A DNA stretch of 64,000 nucleotides from Mayamaea pseudoterrestris. Lineage: Eukaryota. Positions 51,161 through 62,269 of this stretch are shown here, piece after piece; the first letter of the stretch is position 1, and each line of letters starts with the position of its first letter. A program made the translations under genes and the position numbers. The stretch covers positions 1,798,001-1,862,000 of the forward strand of contig BROI01000002.1 in NCBI GenBank assembly GCA_027923505.1. The letters run 5' to 3'. Under the pieces are notes generated by a model. That model worked only from the letters and a program-made list of their open reading frames with translations. It made no database searches and had not been told where the DNA came from.

Positions 51161-51682
51161 CTAATGCGGCTTTGGGACATGCCCATCCACATAAAAGTTT
51201 CTCGTCGCTTTGGGTAACTCCAATACTGCATTCTCCATTTCCGGCGTGACAATGACCTGACACCCAAGTCGACTTGTTTCAGTCAATCCAAATGCCATGT
51301 CCAGCATGTCTTCTTCATCTTCTGATGGTTCCGGTAGCTGATCGTAAATACTTGCTGGGAATATCAAGTGGCAGGTGCTGCAGGCACAAACACCTTCGCA
51401 GGCGCCTTCCAAGTCCACGTCATGGCGGTGTGCCGTTTGTAGCAGTGACTCACCGATCCGAGCGTCGACTGTTTTGATTGAGTCATCGGCAAGTCTAAAA
51501 GAGACTGTGATGGTGGGAGCATCGGCTCCAGGCCCGCCTCCGTGCCATCGAATGAAATGAACTGATGGTGATGGTGATGGTAGTCGTGATCGTGATGTAC
51601 GAGAGACGATGACGTTTGATCTTTGCATGGACTGTTGCAGACATCTGCTAGAAGTTATTCTGATTCTATGTATAGCTTGCAT
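51161..51682 (-). CDS. Mitochondrial adrenodoxin-type [2Fe-2S] ferredoxin (Yah1/FDX2-like)
   Basis: EGACEGVCACSTCH, EEDMLDMAFGLTETSRLGCQ, YVDGHVPKPH; Arg/Ser-rich presequence. Confidence 0.96.
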   Translation of the reverse strand: MQAIHRIRITSSRCLQQSMQRSNVIVSRTSRSRLPSPSPSVHFIRWHGGGPGADAPTITVSFRLADDSIKTVDARIGESLLQTAHRHDVDLEGACEGVCACSTCHLIFPASIYDQLPEPSEDEEDMLDMAFGLTETSRLGCQVIVTPEMENAVLELPKATRNFYVDGHVPKPH

Positions 51683-52082
51683 CGTCGCTGTATGTCACTG
51701 GTAATTATTGGTTGTAATCAGGGTGCGTAAGAACGGGCGGCTGATGAGCACTCATTTTACGTGGCCATGGTCAAGTTGATTCGTCATCGTTCATGCGATT
51801 GAGTACCGTTCCGACATACATCGTAGCGTTACTCAAAGTCTAACAAGGAAACGTGATGTAGTATCGCTCCGACTTTCAATTCGTCAGTTTTTGTCGGCAC
51901 TCGTTTTTCACCATGATGATCATCCACCCTTTATATTTGTCTTTACCAATACCCGAACCACTAACAAGCCTCCCCGAGACGAGCTTGAATAAACAGGGAT
52001 TTGATTACTGACTATCGCCTCATTTTCTCGCTCCAAAATTTCAGTTCGTTCATAATTCGTCATTCATCAGCGCCCGTCAACA

Positions 52083-55000
52083 ATGTCATTTGGATGGACC
52101 TGCTCCAACTGCACCTACAAGCACCATGCTCCCTGCGAGCGATGCGCCATGTGCAATGAGATGCGTGTTACCAAGAAACAAATGGCTGACTTTGTCCTGG
52201 GAGTTCCAATTCCAAAGACTGTCAATGCTGCTGCGCCTGCAAGTCCAGCGCCGTTGCAAGGAGCACCAGCAGCTATCAAGCAAGTCACTCTTGACGCTGT
52301 TTTTGGAGGTGCAAGCGGAACAATGAGTCAAATCAATAGTTCAACAGCAAAAGTAGTGACATCGAGTACAGCTAGTGCACCTGTTGCAGCAGCAGCAGCA
52401 ACAGCGGTGTCAAAGCCAAAGGCGGCGACAATAACGCACAATCCATACGCCAAGAAACGACCTGCGTCGGCCATGAAGAATCACAGCAATCAGCAATCTA
52501 CTACTAGTAGCAGCGCGACTGTAGCTTCTAGTATTTCGATAATGGCGGGCGCTCGAACAGACCAGGCGGACGCAAGTGCACGCGGCGCGACAGCAGACGC
52601 AGGAATAGTGGCATCGAGCAATGGCCAAAATATACACGTCAATAGAACGGCTCCACATTTGGACAGTACCGATAAGAACTTGATGCAGCCGCCTCCATCA
52701 TCGTGGGCGACTGCGTCTGTTTCAGCCGCTGCTAGTCATGCAGTTACCACTCGAAACGAGGCACCGACTGTTAACAACGCCATACATTCGGCGCAATCTG
52801 CCATTACCACCGCCGCTGTTAACGACAATCCACCACCTGTGAATACGTTAAACACGTCAAATGGTCCTCAGCCATCTACATTAGCCAAGTATCATCGACC
52901 TGGGGTCTCGCTGCAAGGAAAGTCAGCGACATCAAAGACCAAGCGCCCAAATGAAGCGGAAGACAAAAATAAGATCAGTCGCCAGTATGGCATGGTTCGA
53001 CCACCGTATTCGCCAGGGCCAGTTCCAATTGACCCAAGCACGGCTCATGATTGGATTTATCCGCAAAATCCCGATTACCCGACTCGTCTATACCAACTCG
53101 AAATGTCCTCCACTGCCATTTTCCACAATACACTCGTCTCGCTACCAACCGGGCTCGGCAAGACGCTGATTGCTGCCGTTGTCATGTACAACTACCATCG
53201 CTGGTTTCCAACTGGCAAGGTGGTATTCATGGCGCCAACCTTGCCACTCGTTCAGCAACAAATCAAAGCTTGCTACCAAATCATGGGCATCCCAACCTAC
53301 GTTACGGCCATGCTGACTGGCAAGGTGTCGCAGGAGAAGCGATTGGCTATTTGGCAGGAGCGCAGCGTCTTTTTCTGTACGCCGCAAACAGTGCAAAAGG
53401 ATTTGGAGCATGGAACGTGTCCGGCGCAGGATGTCGTTTGCGTCGTGTTGGATGAGGCGCACCGCGCTGCTGGCAACTACGCTTACGTGAATGTTGTTCA
53501 ATACTTGGAACATTCTGGAGCAAAATTCCGCGTACTGGGTCTGAGTGCAACGCCTGGTGCTAACATCAAGGCGATTCAAAAGGTGATTGACGTGCTTGGT
53601 ATCAACCGCATTGAGGCGCGCAATGAGTCGGACCCGTCGGTCTCGCAGTACACGCACACTCGCACATCAGAGATTATCGTTGTACCACAAGTAGCTGCTT
53701 CAAAAGGGATCGAAGTGGCACTTAACGCAATAATAGACCCCCTTATTAGTCGTTTGCGGAACGCTGGTTGCTTTCAGCGATTTGGAACCAACAATTCCAT
53801 TTCATGTTATAATATCATGAAGGAGAGTGAAGCCTACAAGGAGCGAACGCAAGATTCCGCCATGTCGGGTTTCTTTTTTGCAGCACAAAAGTTTGTGCAA
53901 ATACGGGACTTTTTACACAAGCAAGGAGTCGGCATGGTACGCACCAAGATTAACGAATTGCGCATAGGACGTCCGAATGGCATGGTTGCCAAGATTGTCA
54001 AGGGGCCCGAATTTGTCAAACTTTGGGACGAAATATCGCGAGCTGCCTGCGATCCGAATGCGCATGAAACGGATGCCCGCGATCGGTTACACAACAATCC
54101 AAAACTTGCCAAGCTGTGCGAAATCTTGCAGGAACACTTTGAACGAGCGAGAGCGTGTGGCAAGTCGTCGAGAGCAATTGTCTTTTCGCAGTTTCGCGAT
54201 TCAGTTTCGGAGATTGTCGCCGTGCTCGACCCTCACAAACCCACAATCCGATCGAGGCACTTTATTGGGCAAGGCAAGGGAGCAAAGGTAAAGAAAGATG
54301 ATTCAAACCCAGGACAGCAGCTGCAAGGAATGAACCAAACTGAGCAACACAACGTAATCCGCGAATTCCGCAATGACGTCTACAACGTCCTTGTGGTAAG
54401 TCATAATTGCCGAAGATTGACACATATCTGTGCCGTTGAACTTGTGTATTAATTCTGCTTAAATTTTGTTGCAACAGTGTACTTGCATTGGTGAAGAAGG
54501 GCTTGATATTGGCGAGGTTGACTTGATTGTAAATTTTGACACACTCAGCAGTCCGATACGCAGTCTACAGCGCATTGGTCGCACCGGACGTAAGCGAGAA
54601 GGGCGCGTTGTTTGTCTTGTATCGGAAGGAGCGGAGGAAAAGACTATGAATTCGTCCAAGCAGAAGGAACGTACCTTGCAGCATGCGCTCAAGAATCCAA
54701 AAGCATTTACAACCTTACCTACAGTACCAATGTTTGAGGTTGAACCTGAGCAGTCAAGAGTTGCTATGAACTTCTCGCAAAATTTTCGTGAATCGCAAGT
54801 AGAAGGGATTGGAGGAGCCAACCGCAAAGACAAAACGATAGTCGCGAGCTTTACACGCTGGAAACTGACCGAAGATGAGAATGCGCAGCGGCTGAACATA
54901 CTACGACAATACGCTAGGGTACAGCTATCAGTGGAAGGAACAGGCATGACGAGTTTACGGCGACGATTATTGTCAGGCAGGAAGCTTAAAACAGTCACTG

Positions 55001-57033
55001 AAAGCATGAAGGAAAATTATTCTGGACGTACGGTGGCGTTTCTTTGCAAGCTGGAGGCTTCGAATGATGTAGCGAATGAAGCAGTATCTGGTGTAACTCG
55101 CAGTCGAGGCTTCCGAGGCAGCAACGACGAAGCGCTCGACACTCTTTTCCCGCTAGTAGTTGACAATTCTCGGGGCGAATGGGGAGTTGAGATGAAGCGC
55201 ATCGTCCCAAATGAACAGGTGGTCGATTCGTCCACTGTAGATGCACCTCTGGAAGTAATACCGACGGCTAATTATGATGCAGATGCAACACTAACAGTAG
55301 GCAACTCGATAGCACATGCGAAGCCGACTCTGCCCGAAACAAGTGTCTGTCGACCTTCACCATCCAGAAACGTCGCGGCGATTGGTATGGGACTGCCGAG
55401 GGAGCAGCATGCTGCGTCACTAGCATCACAGGCACAGTTTGAAGACTTTTGTCTTCCTCCAGATTGTGAATCATCCAGTGATGACGATGAGCATTTGGAT
55501 GATGATTCAGTGTCGAACGTGCCTGGGGAAAGTGACTGCGCCGAGGGTGGTGGGTCTAGCAATGATGTCCTAAACGTTCACATAAATACTAATCTACCCA
55601 ACACTCCACCTGCGAAAGCCGTGCTTGATGAATTTCGCCTACCGACGCCAGCGTCTAGTTCGGACGAAAGCGATGATGAGTCAGTCGCATTTGTGGAAAT
55701 GAAAGCCATTGACGACGTATCAAAGGACCTTCCGATGGGCAGCGACAGAACGATACTGAAAGCATCAACGCATCCTTCGGAGCAATCTGATAAGTCGTCT
55801 AATGCAAAGCTTCAAGAAAGTCAAACTGACTCCAGCCGAGTGTACTCCAGAAGTAATGAAGCGAAAAACAATTCACACTTGGCTGTCAATAATGATAGTC
55901 CAGAAAGTGAAGCATCCATCCGTCACATGGTGAAGAAGTCCAAGAAAAACTTTCTTGTCATTCAAGACTCACCGGAGGTACAGATTGTGAATCCTTACGT
56001 CACACGCAAGCGAAAGTCTTTGGGGTCGCTCTCTTGCGACTTGACCAACACCCAAGACGAACCAATGGACACACAATGCAGCAGCAGTCATCCTGGAGAT
56101 GCAGATGACATCATTTGCGCCGTTTGTAGGTTAGGGCATAGTCCGGATGAGAATCCTATCATACTGTGCGATGGCGAGCGTTCGCCCGGGCGTTGTTGTG
56201 ACTTGGCGGTGCATGTGTCCTGCTATTCGGTTCGCACACCTCTGATGCCGGACGAGGACTGGTTTTGTGACCCATGTCTTTCGCGAAATAAAGGACTGAA
56301 AGGCTCATTCGAATGCGTCGAGTGCCATGTTGGAGAACATGGAGGAGCCTTGAAGCAGGGCGTTGGGAGTTTGTGGCGACATGTGAAGTGTCATGGCAGC
56401 CGCGATAAACCGCAACGACTAAAAAAGATTAGAGGGAAGAAGAGTAAAAAGCCACCAACACATCGTAAATCAATTCAAGAGGCAAATCGTTGTCCGCTGT
56501 TGGACCTGTCCGCCAACGCCGAAACACATGAAAGCGATTCGACCCGAAAACGGCGACGCCAGCATCATCTGCGGCGTTTTGTCCAGGAGGAAGCTGACTG
56601 TGACTCGGACGAGGATATTGATGGAGACGGTGACGAAGAGGATGCTATTCGGGCGATTGAAGAGGAGGAAGCTCTGGCAGCTGGCGGCTTTATCAACGAC
56701 ACGTCTCAGCTGGATTACACGCAAGATATATTAGACCAAGTGGATCCGGATGCTGCGAACGACGATACTATACACCGGGAACTAGATTACGAGCGAGCGC
56801 GCCATGAAGAGTTTGCAACACCATGTTTGGGTCGCCGCTTCCTGAAAGATAAACAGCAGCTTTCTTCCAATACGCCGGCGTCCATGCCAAGTTCCGAAAA
56901 GTGCTTGGGCAAAATGCATTTCATACGGAGTGTTTTGGAGCACCATCGCCAAGGTGGCGATACGGAAGATATCGAACAAGCTTACAATGATTTGGAGACT
57001 CATGGTACCCAGGCTGCGTTTTCGCAATGGTAA
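52083..57033 (+). CDS. FANCM: FANCM/Mph1 DEAH helicase with N-terminal RanBP2-type zinc finger and C-terminal PHD finger; exons 52083-54395 and 54478-57033 (~1622 aa)
   Basis: NTLVSLPTGLGKT, DEAHRA.GNYAY, LGLSATPG, IVFSQFR, FIGQ, IGEEGLDIGEVDLIV, QR.GRTGRKR; intron GTAAGT...AACAG in frame. Confidence 0.95.
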
Positions 57034-57179
57034 AGCTACCTATGCTCGTCCATTAATTTGTCAGCTAAAAATTAATAATTAGAGTTCACAAACGACTAAT
57101 GTGCCAGCGCTTTACAAAACAGCGTCATGCATAACAGTAATGAAGATAGCGCGGGCACTACCCGCGTTGCTCCCCACAT

Positions 57180-58514
57180 CTATTGTAGAATTGTTATTGT
57201 TGGCTGCGAGTTGCCTTTGAAAGACAGTCGACAGATGGACGACCGCATGAGCGCATCCACGCCGAGTATACCACCTACGCCATAGCTGGCTAGTGCTCCA
57301 AACAATGGCAAATTACCAATGTCAACAGTCAGCCGACGATCATCACCCGCCAGCGAAACACCCGGTTGCGACTCGTCATTACTCAATCGAAACGTACTGC
57401 CCACCCGAATCCGATGCGTCATGTCGACCACAACCTTGTCCAGTCCCAATGAGCCCGTCGGATTAGGTACCCGCTGGACAAACTTGTCGTTACTTGCATC
57501 CAAACCCAAATCGTCCAAGCCCTTGAAACTCAGGATAGTCGACGACGACCCCGAGTCAACAAGCATGTTGACGGGTCCTCGATCGCCAAACCAAACGGGA
57601 GCATACAATATACCACCAGCCTGCGACGATAGCCTTGTCATTTTGGCTTCTGTGAGCAACGTTTGCGACGGCATTATCTTTGGAACCTTGTCTTTGTACA
57701 TGATGAGTTGCTTGTTGCCAAAGTCCAAGTCCACGGCTGCAAAGTCTTGCAGAAAGCTCAATCCAATAATGCCATCAATTCTAGTATCCGTAATAACATC
57801 CAAGTCTTGTATTACAATTGGATACATCTTGTCGCGAAAGTGGTGACCGCCTAGTCTAAAGTCCGTTAGCTCTGCAACGTCCGTCATTTGCTTCTTCAAT
57901 TGATCGCCCGCGGCTGATCCAGCCGCCATGACAGTGACTGGCTTTTGAAAGACGCCCAGCTTGCATTTTTGTATCGCCGATGGTCGAAACAAAAGGCCAG
58001 TGGCGGCAGTGTCGAGTAGCAGCGTGACATTTTCCTGATTGATGGTTAGCTGCAATGTGGCGTAGGCAGTGTCTGACAGAATGGTCACGCCGCCCTGCAT
58101 GTTGGAGGCTGCCACGCGGGAACCAACGTCCAGGTAAATCATGTGAATTGGAGCCTTGATAATGTTCGAATCGTCACTATCAGTCGTTTCGGTCGATGCT
58201 GCATTGGAGAATGACGCAGCAGTAGCTTCGTCAATCGTTCCATTGTCATTTTGTTCTTGGAGAGCTTGCATATACCGAGCCACCAGTTCCTCCTTTTCAA
58301 AGACGTCAGCCGATGAAACTTTCAATTTACTCAACTCCATTTTCAGTACTTTCACTGACATGCTGCGAACCTGCTCCTCATCCAATGTACTGGATTGCAG
58401 GCGTGACAAGGAAGAATATGCCGACGCGTGCCGACGTTGCTGCTGCGAATGAACGACGAAGCCTGCGACTCGAGACACCTGCACCGATAGCATGAGTGCA
58501 ATCAATTTTTTCAT
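57180..58514 (-). CDS. Two-domain retropepsin-like aspartyl protease, putatively plastid-targeted
   Basis: LLLDTAAT...DGIIGLSFL and MLVDSGSS...GGILGVD; signal peptide ending VAG|FVV; small helical motif SVKVLKMEL...FEKEELV. Confidence 0.82.
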   Translation of the reverse strand: MKKLIALMLSVQVSRVAGFVVHSQQQRRHASAYSSLSRLQSSTLDEEQVRSMSVKVLKMELSKLKVSSADVFEKEELVARYMQALQEQNDNGTIDEATAASFSNAASTETTDSDDSNIIKAPIHMIYLDVGSRVAASNMQGGVTILSDTAYATLQLTINQENVTLLLDTAATGLLFRPSAIQKCKLGVFQKPVTVMAAGSAAGDQLKKQMTDVAELTDFRLGGHHFRDKMYPIVIQDLDVITDTRIDGIIGLSFLQDFAAVDLDFGNKQLIMYKDKVPKIMPSQTLLTEAKMTRLSSQAGGILYAPVWFGDRGPVNMLVDSGSSSTILSFKGLDDLGLDASNDKFVQRVPNPTGSLGLDKVVVDMTHRIRVGSTFRLSNDESQPGVSLAGDDRRLTVDIGNLPLFGALASYGVGGILGVDALMRSSICRLSFKGNSQPTITILQ

Positions 58515-58637
58515 CGTGTAGGTAATTGAATGCTATAATGTGATCTCATCCCTCGCAGCAGCTGTTTATGGACTTGATCATGAGAGCGAAGACTCTCGCT
58601 TCTTCGGCGTCGTCAAGGTGCAGGAAACGACAGATGC

Positions 58638-59104
58638 CTTGTGACGTAGTTTTCACTGGCACTCGTTTCGTACTATTGCCTTTGTGACGTAGTTTTCACT
58701 GGCACTCGTTTCATATTATTGCCTCCGTGACGTAATTGACACTGGCATTCGTTTCACAATAGTGCCCTCGTGACGCAGTTTTCACTGGCACCCGTTTCGG
58801 AATATTGCCTTGTGACGCAATTGACACTGGCATTCGTTTCGTACTATTGCCTAATGACGTAATTGACACTGGCACTCGTTTCGTACTATTGCCTGATGAC
58901 GTAATTGACACTGGCACTCGTTTCACAATAGTGCCCTCGTGATGCAGTTTTCACTTTCACCCGTTTCGGAATATTGCCTTGTGACGCAATTGACACTGGC
59001 ACTCGTTTCGTACTATTGCCTAATGACGTAATTGACACTGGAATTCGTTTCGTACTATTGCCTGATGACGTAATTGACACTGGCACTCGTTTCGTACTAT
59101 TGCC
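58638..59104 (+). repeat. 42/43-bp minisatellite, 11 copies, with an internal 169-bp (4-mer) duplication
   Basis: TGACG(T/C)A(ATTGA/GTTTT)CACTGGCACTCGTTTCGTACTATTGCC units; variant CACAATAGTGCC at 58755 and 58924. Confidence 0.96.
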
Positions 59105-59213
59105 TTGGGATGAAAAATAGTTGCGAGGCAGCCCGGGTTGATTGCATTATTCCTGTGTGACCACCGACAGTCCAGCAATCGTCCTTAACAACTCACTTGA
59201 ATCTATATCACCA

Positions 59214-60836
59214 ATGTCTGCTGTTCAAGTACACGCTGGAGATTATGTCGAGATTGCAGCTCCGCATCCAGAGAAAGGCAAGAGAGGGTTTGTTCGTTTC
59301 GAGCCATTCGATCAAGACGATGCAAATGCCAACTTTGGAGTAGTCATTGACGAATATAAAAGCCGTCCTATCCACCAAGACGATAAACCTCAACCGCACG
59401 CTAGAACCATTTTCGTACCATGCAATCAAGTTGAGCTGGTTCGGCAGCACGAAAAAGTAGTGACGACACGAATCGCCGACTTTCGATCCTCCACCTTTCC
59501 TTGCTTTGGCAAGATTGGTTCATCCTTTGCCCAGGCAGAGCTTTTGATTGATCCGGAGTCACCTCATGGAAAGCTAGCTCGCCCACCGGCGCAAGATCTC
59601 TCTGGACAGCCGCCATTCGATTCGTTTTTCAAAACAGTGGAGGCGGAAGCCTTGTACAATGACATTTATGCTGGCAACTTTATCGCAAAGTGGAGTCATT
59701 CCTTCCAGCACCCACTCGACAAAACATATCCTCCTTTTATGTTCGATCTGCCATGCCCTGCGTTATGTATTCATGTTTACGAAATGTCTGAAGCCGACCA
59801 AAAGATTGCGAGTTTTCACTACTTTCAAAACGCGGAACTCCAAGGCATGCATTACGAGTCCAAGTGGAAATTTGAGGGCATGACGCAAGACCAGGAGGAA
59901 TTTTTAATTATGCGAGTTCTGCACCATGTTTTGAGGATCGCTGGATGCGACTTTGGTTTGAATTTTTTGTTCAACGCACGCGGGACAACCTCAAGCGGAT
60001 ATATAGCCTGGGAAATGTGGAAAGATGTACTTGACCTTGCTATTGTGTTGGCTGATATTATGGTCCAGACTAGTCAGCCTAGAGATTGTCAACAATACTA
60101 CCTGATAAATGTTGGCGCGGCGTTGGAGCTTGGCAGAAAGTATGCTGCCGCGATTGACATTTATGATTGGGCTGGCCGCAACTTATCGGACAATGCGTTA
60201 CGAGCTTTTTCGCTTTCTCGCCAATGCAATGCCTATGTTCGAAATAACGATGGACCACGAGCAGAAATGGCATGCTTAAGCGGACTTCGCGCGCTCTTTG
60301 AGATTGCCGACGAAAGCAACGCATTTGGTGAAAAGTCCCTCGAAGGTTTAATCATACAATTGATGAGTCTATACTCTGTTGGTAGTGTATCATCAAACAA
60401 GACTCCAGCGCCATTTATCGCCATGAGCAACGTCGCTGGCTTTACCGCCGTAAAGGTTTCCCCTTTGATTCTAAAGGCACCCTATCGTAACATTGGCGCA
60501 GCAAAGTCAGCTCTAGCGAAAGCCTTTCGGACGCCTTCTCTCAAAAAATTCAACACTGTGGTACATTCATGGATTGCGCGTGGAGTGTCTTATAATTACA
60601 CACCACCAAGTGACCTTGAAAAACTGCGCGAGGAAATTGACATTCGAAAAGCTACGCGCCTTCAATATTTAGGAGTAGACTTAAATTGCAACAATCCAGC
60701 ATGCTCGGCAAAAGCTTTGATTCATGATAGCAAGCTATTTCGGTGCTCTCGATGCAAGGACGCTCGATATTGCTCGACTGCGTGTCAGAAAGCGCACTGG
60801 AAATTGCACAAGCCCAAGTGTACGCCTGCGCCTTGA
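59214..60836 (+). CDS. MYND zinc-finger protein
   Basis: C-terminal CNNPAC...CSRCKDARYCSTACQKAHWKLHKPKC; first in-frame ATG at 59214. Confidence 0.85.
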   Translation: MSAVQVHAGDYVEIAAPHPEKGKRGFVRFEPFDQDDANANFGVVIDEYKSRPIHQDDKPQPHARTIFVPCNQVELVRQHEKVVTTRIADFRSSTFPCFGKIGSSFAQAELLIDPESPHGKLARPPAQDLSGQPPFDSFFKTVEAEALYNDIYAGNFIAKWSHSFQHPLDKTYPPFMFDLPCPALCIHVYEMSEADQKIASFHYFQNAELQGMHYESKWKFEGMTQDQEEFLIMRVLHHVLRIAGCDFGLNFLFNARGTTSSGYIAWEMWKDVLDLAIVLADIMVQTSQPRDCQQYYLINVGAALELGRKYAAAIDIYDWAGRNLSDNALRAFSLSRQCNAYVRNNDGPRAEMACLSGLRALFEIADESNAFGEKSLEGLIIQLMSLYSVGSVSSNKTPAPFIAMSNVAGFTAVKVSPLILKAPYRNIGAAKSALAKAFRTPSLKKFNTVVHSWIARGVSYNYTPPSDLEKLREEIDIRKATRLQYLGVDLNCNNPACSAKALIHDSKLFRCSRCKDARYCSTACQKAHWKLHKPKCTPAP

Positions 60837-61126
60837 ACTAGCAGGAGTTTTTTTTCATGGACACGCTGTTGTACGAGTATACATATGATTAGATGCATGG
60901 AACATTGCCCAGAACTCTGCTACCGGTAGAATTGTAGTTGCCTTTCGCCTGATTGTCGGAACATGGGCATACGTATTGGAAAGGCGAGATAGCTATAACA
61001 TAGCTACCTAATCGCATCGGTACTCATTTGTGCCATTTTTTCGTCCCTCTGTCCGATCTTTATTTTTTTGCTTCATCATCATCCATTGCTCGAGTAGTAA
61101 TCGGCCAAGTCTGTTTGCCCCATTAC

Positions 61127-62119
61127 ATGACTAGTCACGTTGCAGAAGACAGTGGTAGAGATGACGAGCAATCTGTCGATCCGGCCGAAGACATGCTGCA
61201 ACGAGGGAGTCGCCTGCGACAGCTTCGATTGATGGAGCAAGAGGATGAAGCTGCTCGAAGAAATCTTGCACAGCAAGACGAGGATGATGAACTAGGAAAT
61301 GAAATGAATGACGGCGATGAGTCAGAATCCATCGTCTTTTTGCGCGACCAGAGCAGCTTGCTCAAGTACGAATCTTTTCTCCGCCATCAACGCGTCTACG
61401 ACGACCTCAAGCACGTTGACTACAAGTATATTGATTATTCTAATGACTGCTACTCGTTAATCGTGGAGCAAGACAAGTCACTTGGAAAGGGAGGTTTCTG
61501 CTGGGATGCTGCCTACATTTTGGGCGAGTACTTGTCCTCGCAGCAGAACGGAAATGTACTGCACGATTTACGGCGTGACGCCAAGTCGGGCGAGCGGCGA
61601 CTCGACATTGTTGAACTCGGCGCAGGAACTGGCCTCTGCGGAATGATGGTTGCAAAAGCATTAGATGATGTGCGCGTCACCTTGACGGATTTGGACTTGC
61701 TCATGCCGCTGCTGAACCGCAATTTGTCGCGCAACTTTGCTGCTTCCAACGAGGAGACGACACACTCGTCGACTGCTCTTCTAGACTACATGGCAGCCAG
61801 CAAGCACGACAAGTCCTCCAAAGGCTCGATATCGTCTGCCACTTTGGACTGGGACCAAAAGAGTCACAATGCCAGCTACGATCTTGTAATTGCCGCCGAC
61901 GTGGTTGCCACCCTCTACGATCCTTCCGCGCTCGCTCGAACGATTCATTCACTGGCAAACGTGGCAGTGATTAGCTTCAAGGAGCGGCTGTCGAGCGTCC
62001 ATCGCGAGTTTGAAGCTCAAATGGCTTACTACTACGAGTCCATTGAAATCATGCAGCCGACTGGCTGCCGGAATTTGAACACTGCAGTGAAAATTCTTGT
62101 CGCAAAGGAACGCATGTAG
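61127..62119 (+). CDS. METTL21-like protein-lysine methyltransferase
   Basis: GG.CWDAA..LGEYL, IVELGAGTGLCG, V.LTD, LDW, DLVIAADVV; first in-frame ATG at 61127. Confidence 0.88.
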   Translation: MTSHVAEDSGRDDEQSVDPAEDMLQRGSRLRQLRLMEQEDEAARRNLAQQDEDDELGNEMNDGDESESIVFLRDQSSLLKYESFLRHQRVYDDLKHVDYKYIDYSNDCYSLIVEQDKSLGKGGFCWDAAYILGEYLSSQQNGNVLHDLRRDAKSGERRLDIVELGAGTGLCGMMVAKALDDVRVTLTDLDLLMPLLNRNLSRNFAASNEETTHSSTALLDYMAASKHDKSSKGSISSATLDWDQKSHNASYDLVIAADVVATLYDPSALARTIHSLANVAVISFKERLSSVHREFEAQMAYYYESIEIMQPTGCRNLNTAVKILVAKERM

Positions 62120-62269
62120 AATGCCAGTAGCGACACACTGTACACTATTTTGAACAAAGATTGCGCTACTGATATTGTATGTGTAGTTTTATTAGTATTT
62201 TCACAAGCCGTAAACGTGTCTGTATGCTCTAGTAGCGTAGTCTCAACATGCGGATGCATCCTCGTGACT

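Noticed and set aside
58638..59104. 42-bp arrays as CRISPR
   Set aside because: Units are head-to-tail with no unique spacers, there are no cas genes, and the context is eukaryotic.
44696..59104. The two inverted 42-bp arrays as terminal inverted repeats of a 14-kb transposon
   Set aside because: Outer flanks do not match, there is no TSD or transposase, and the interval holds ordinary housekeeping genes.
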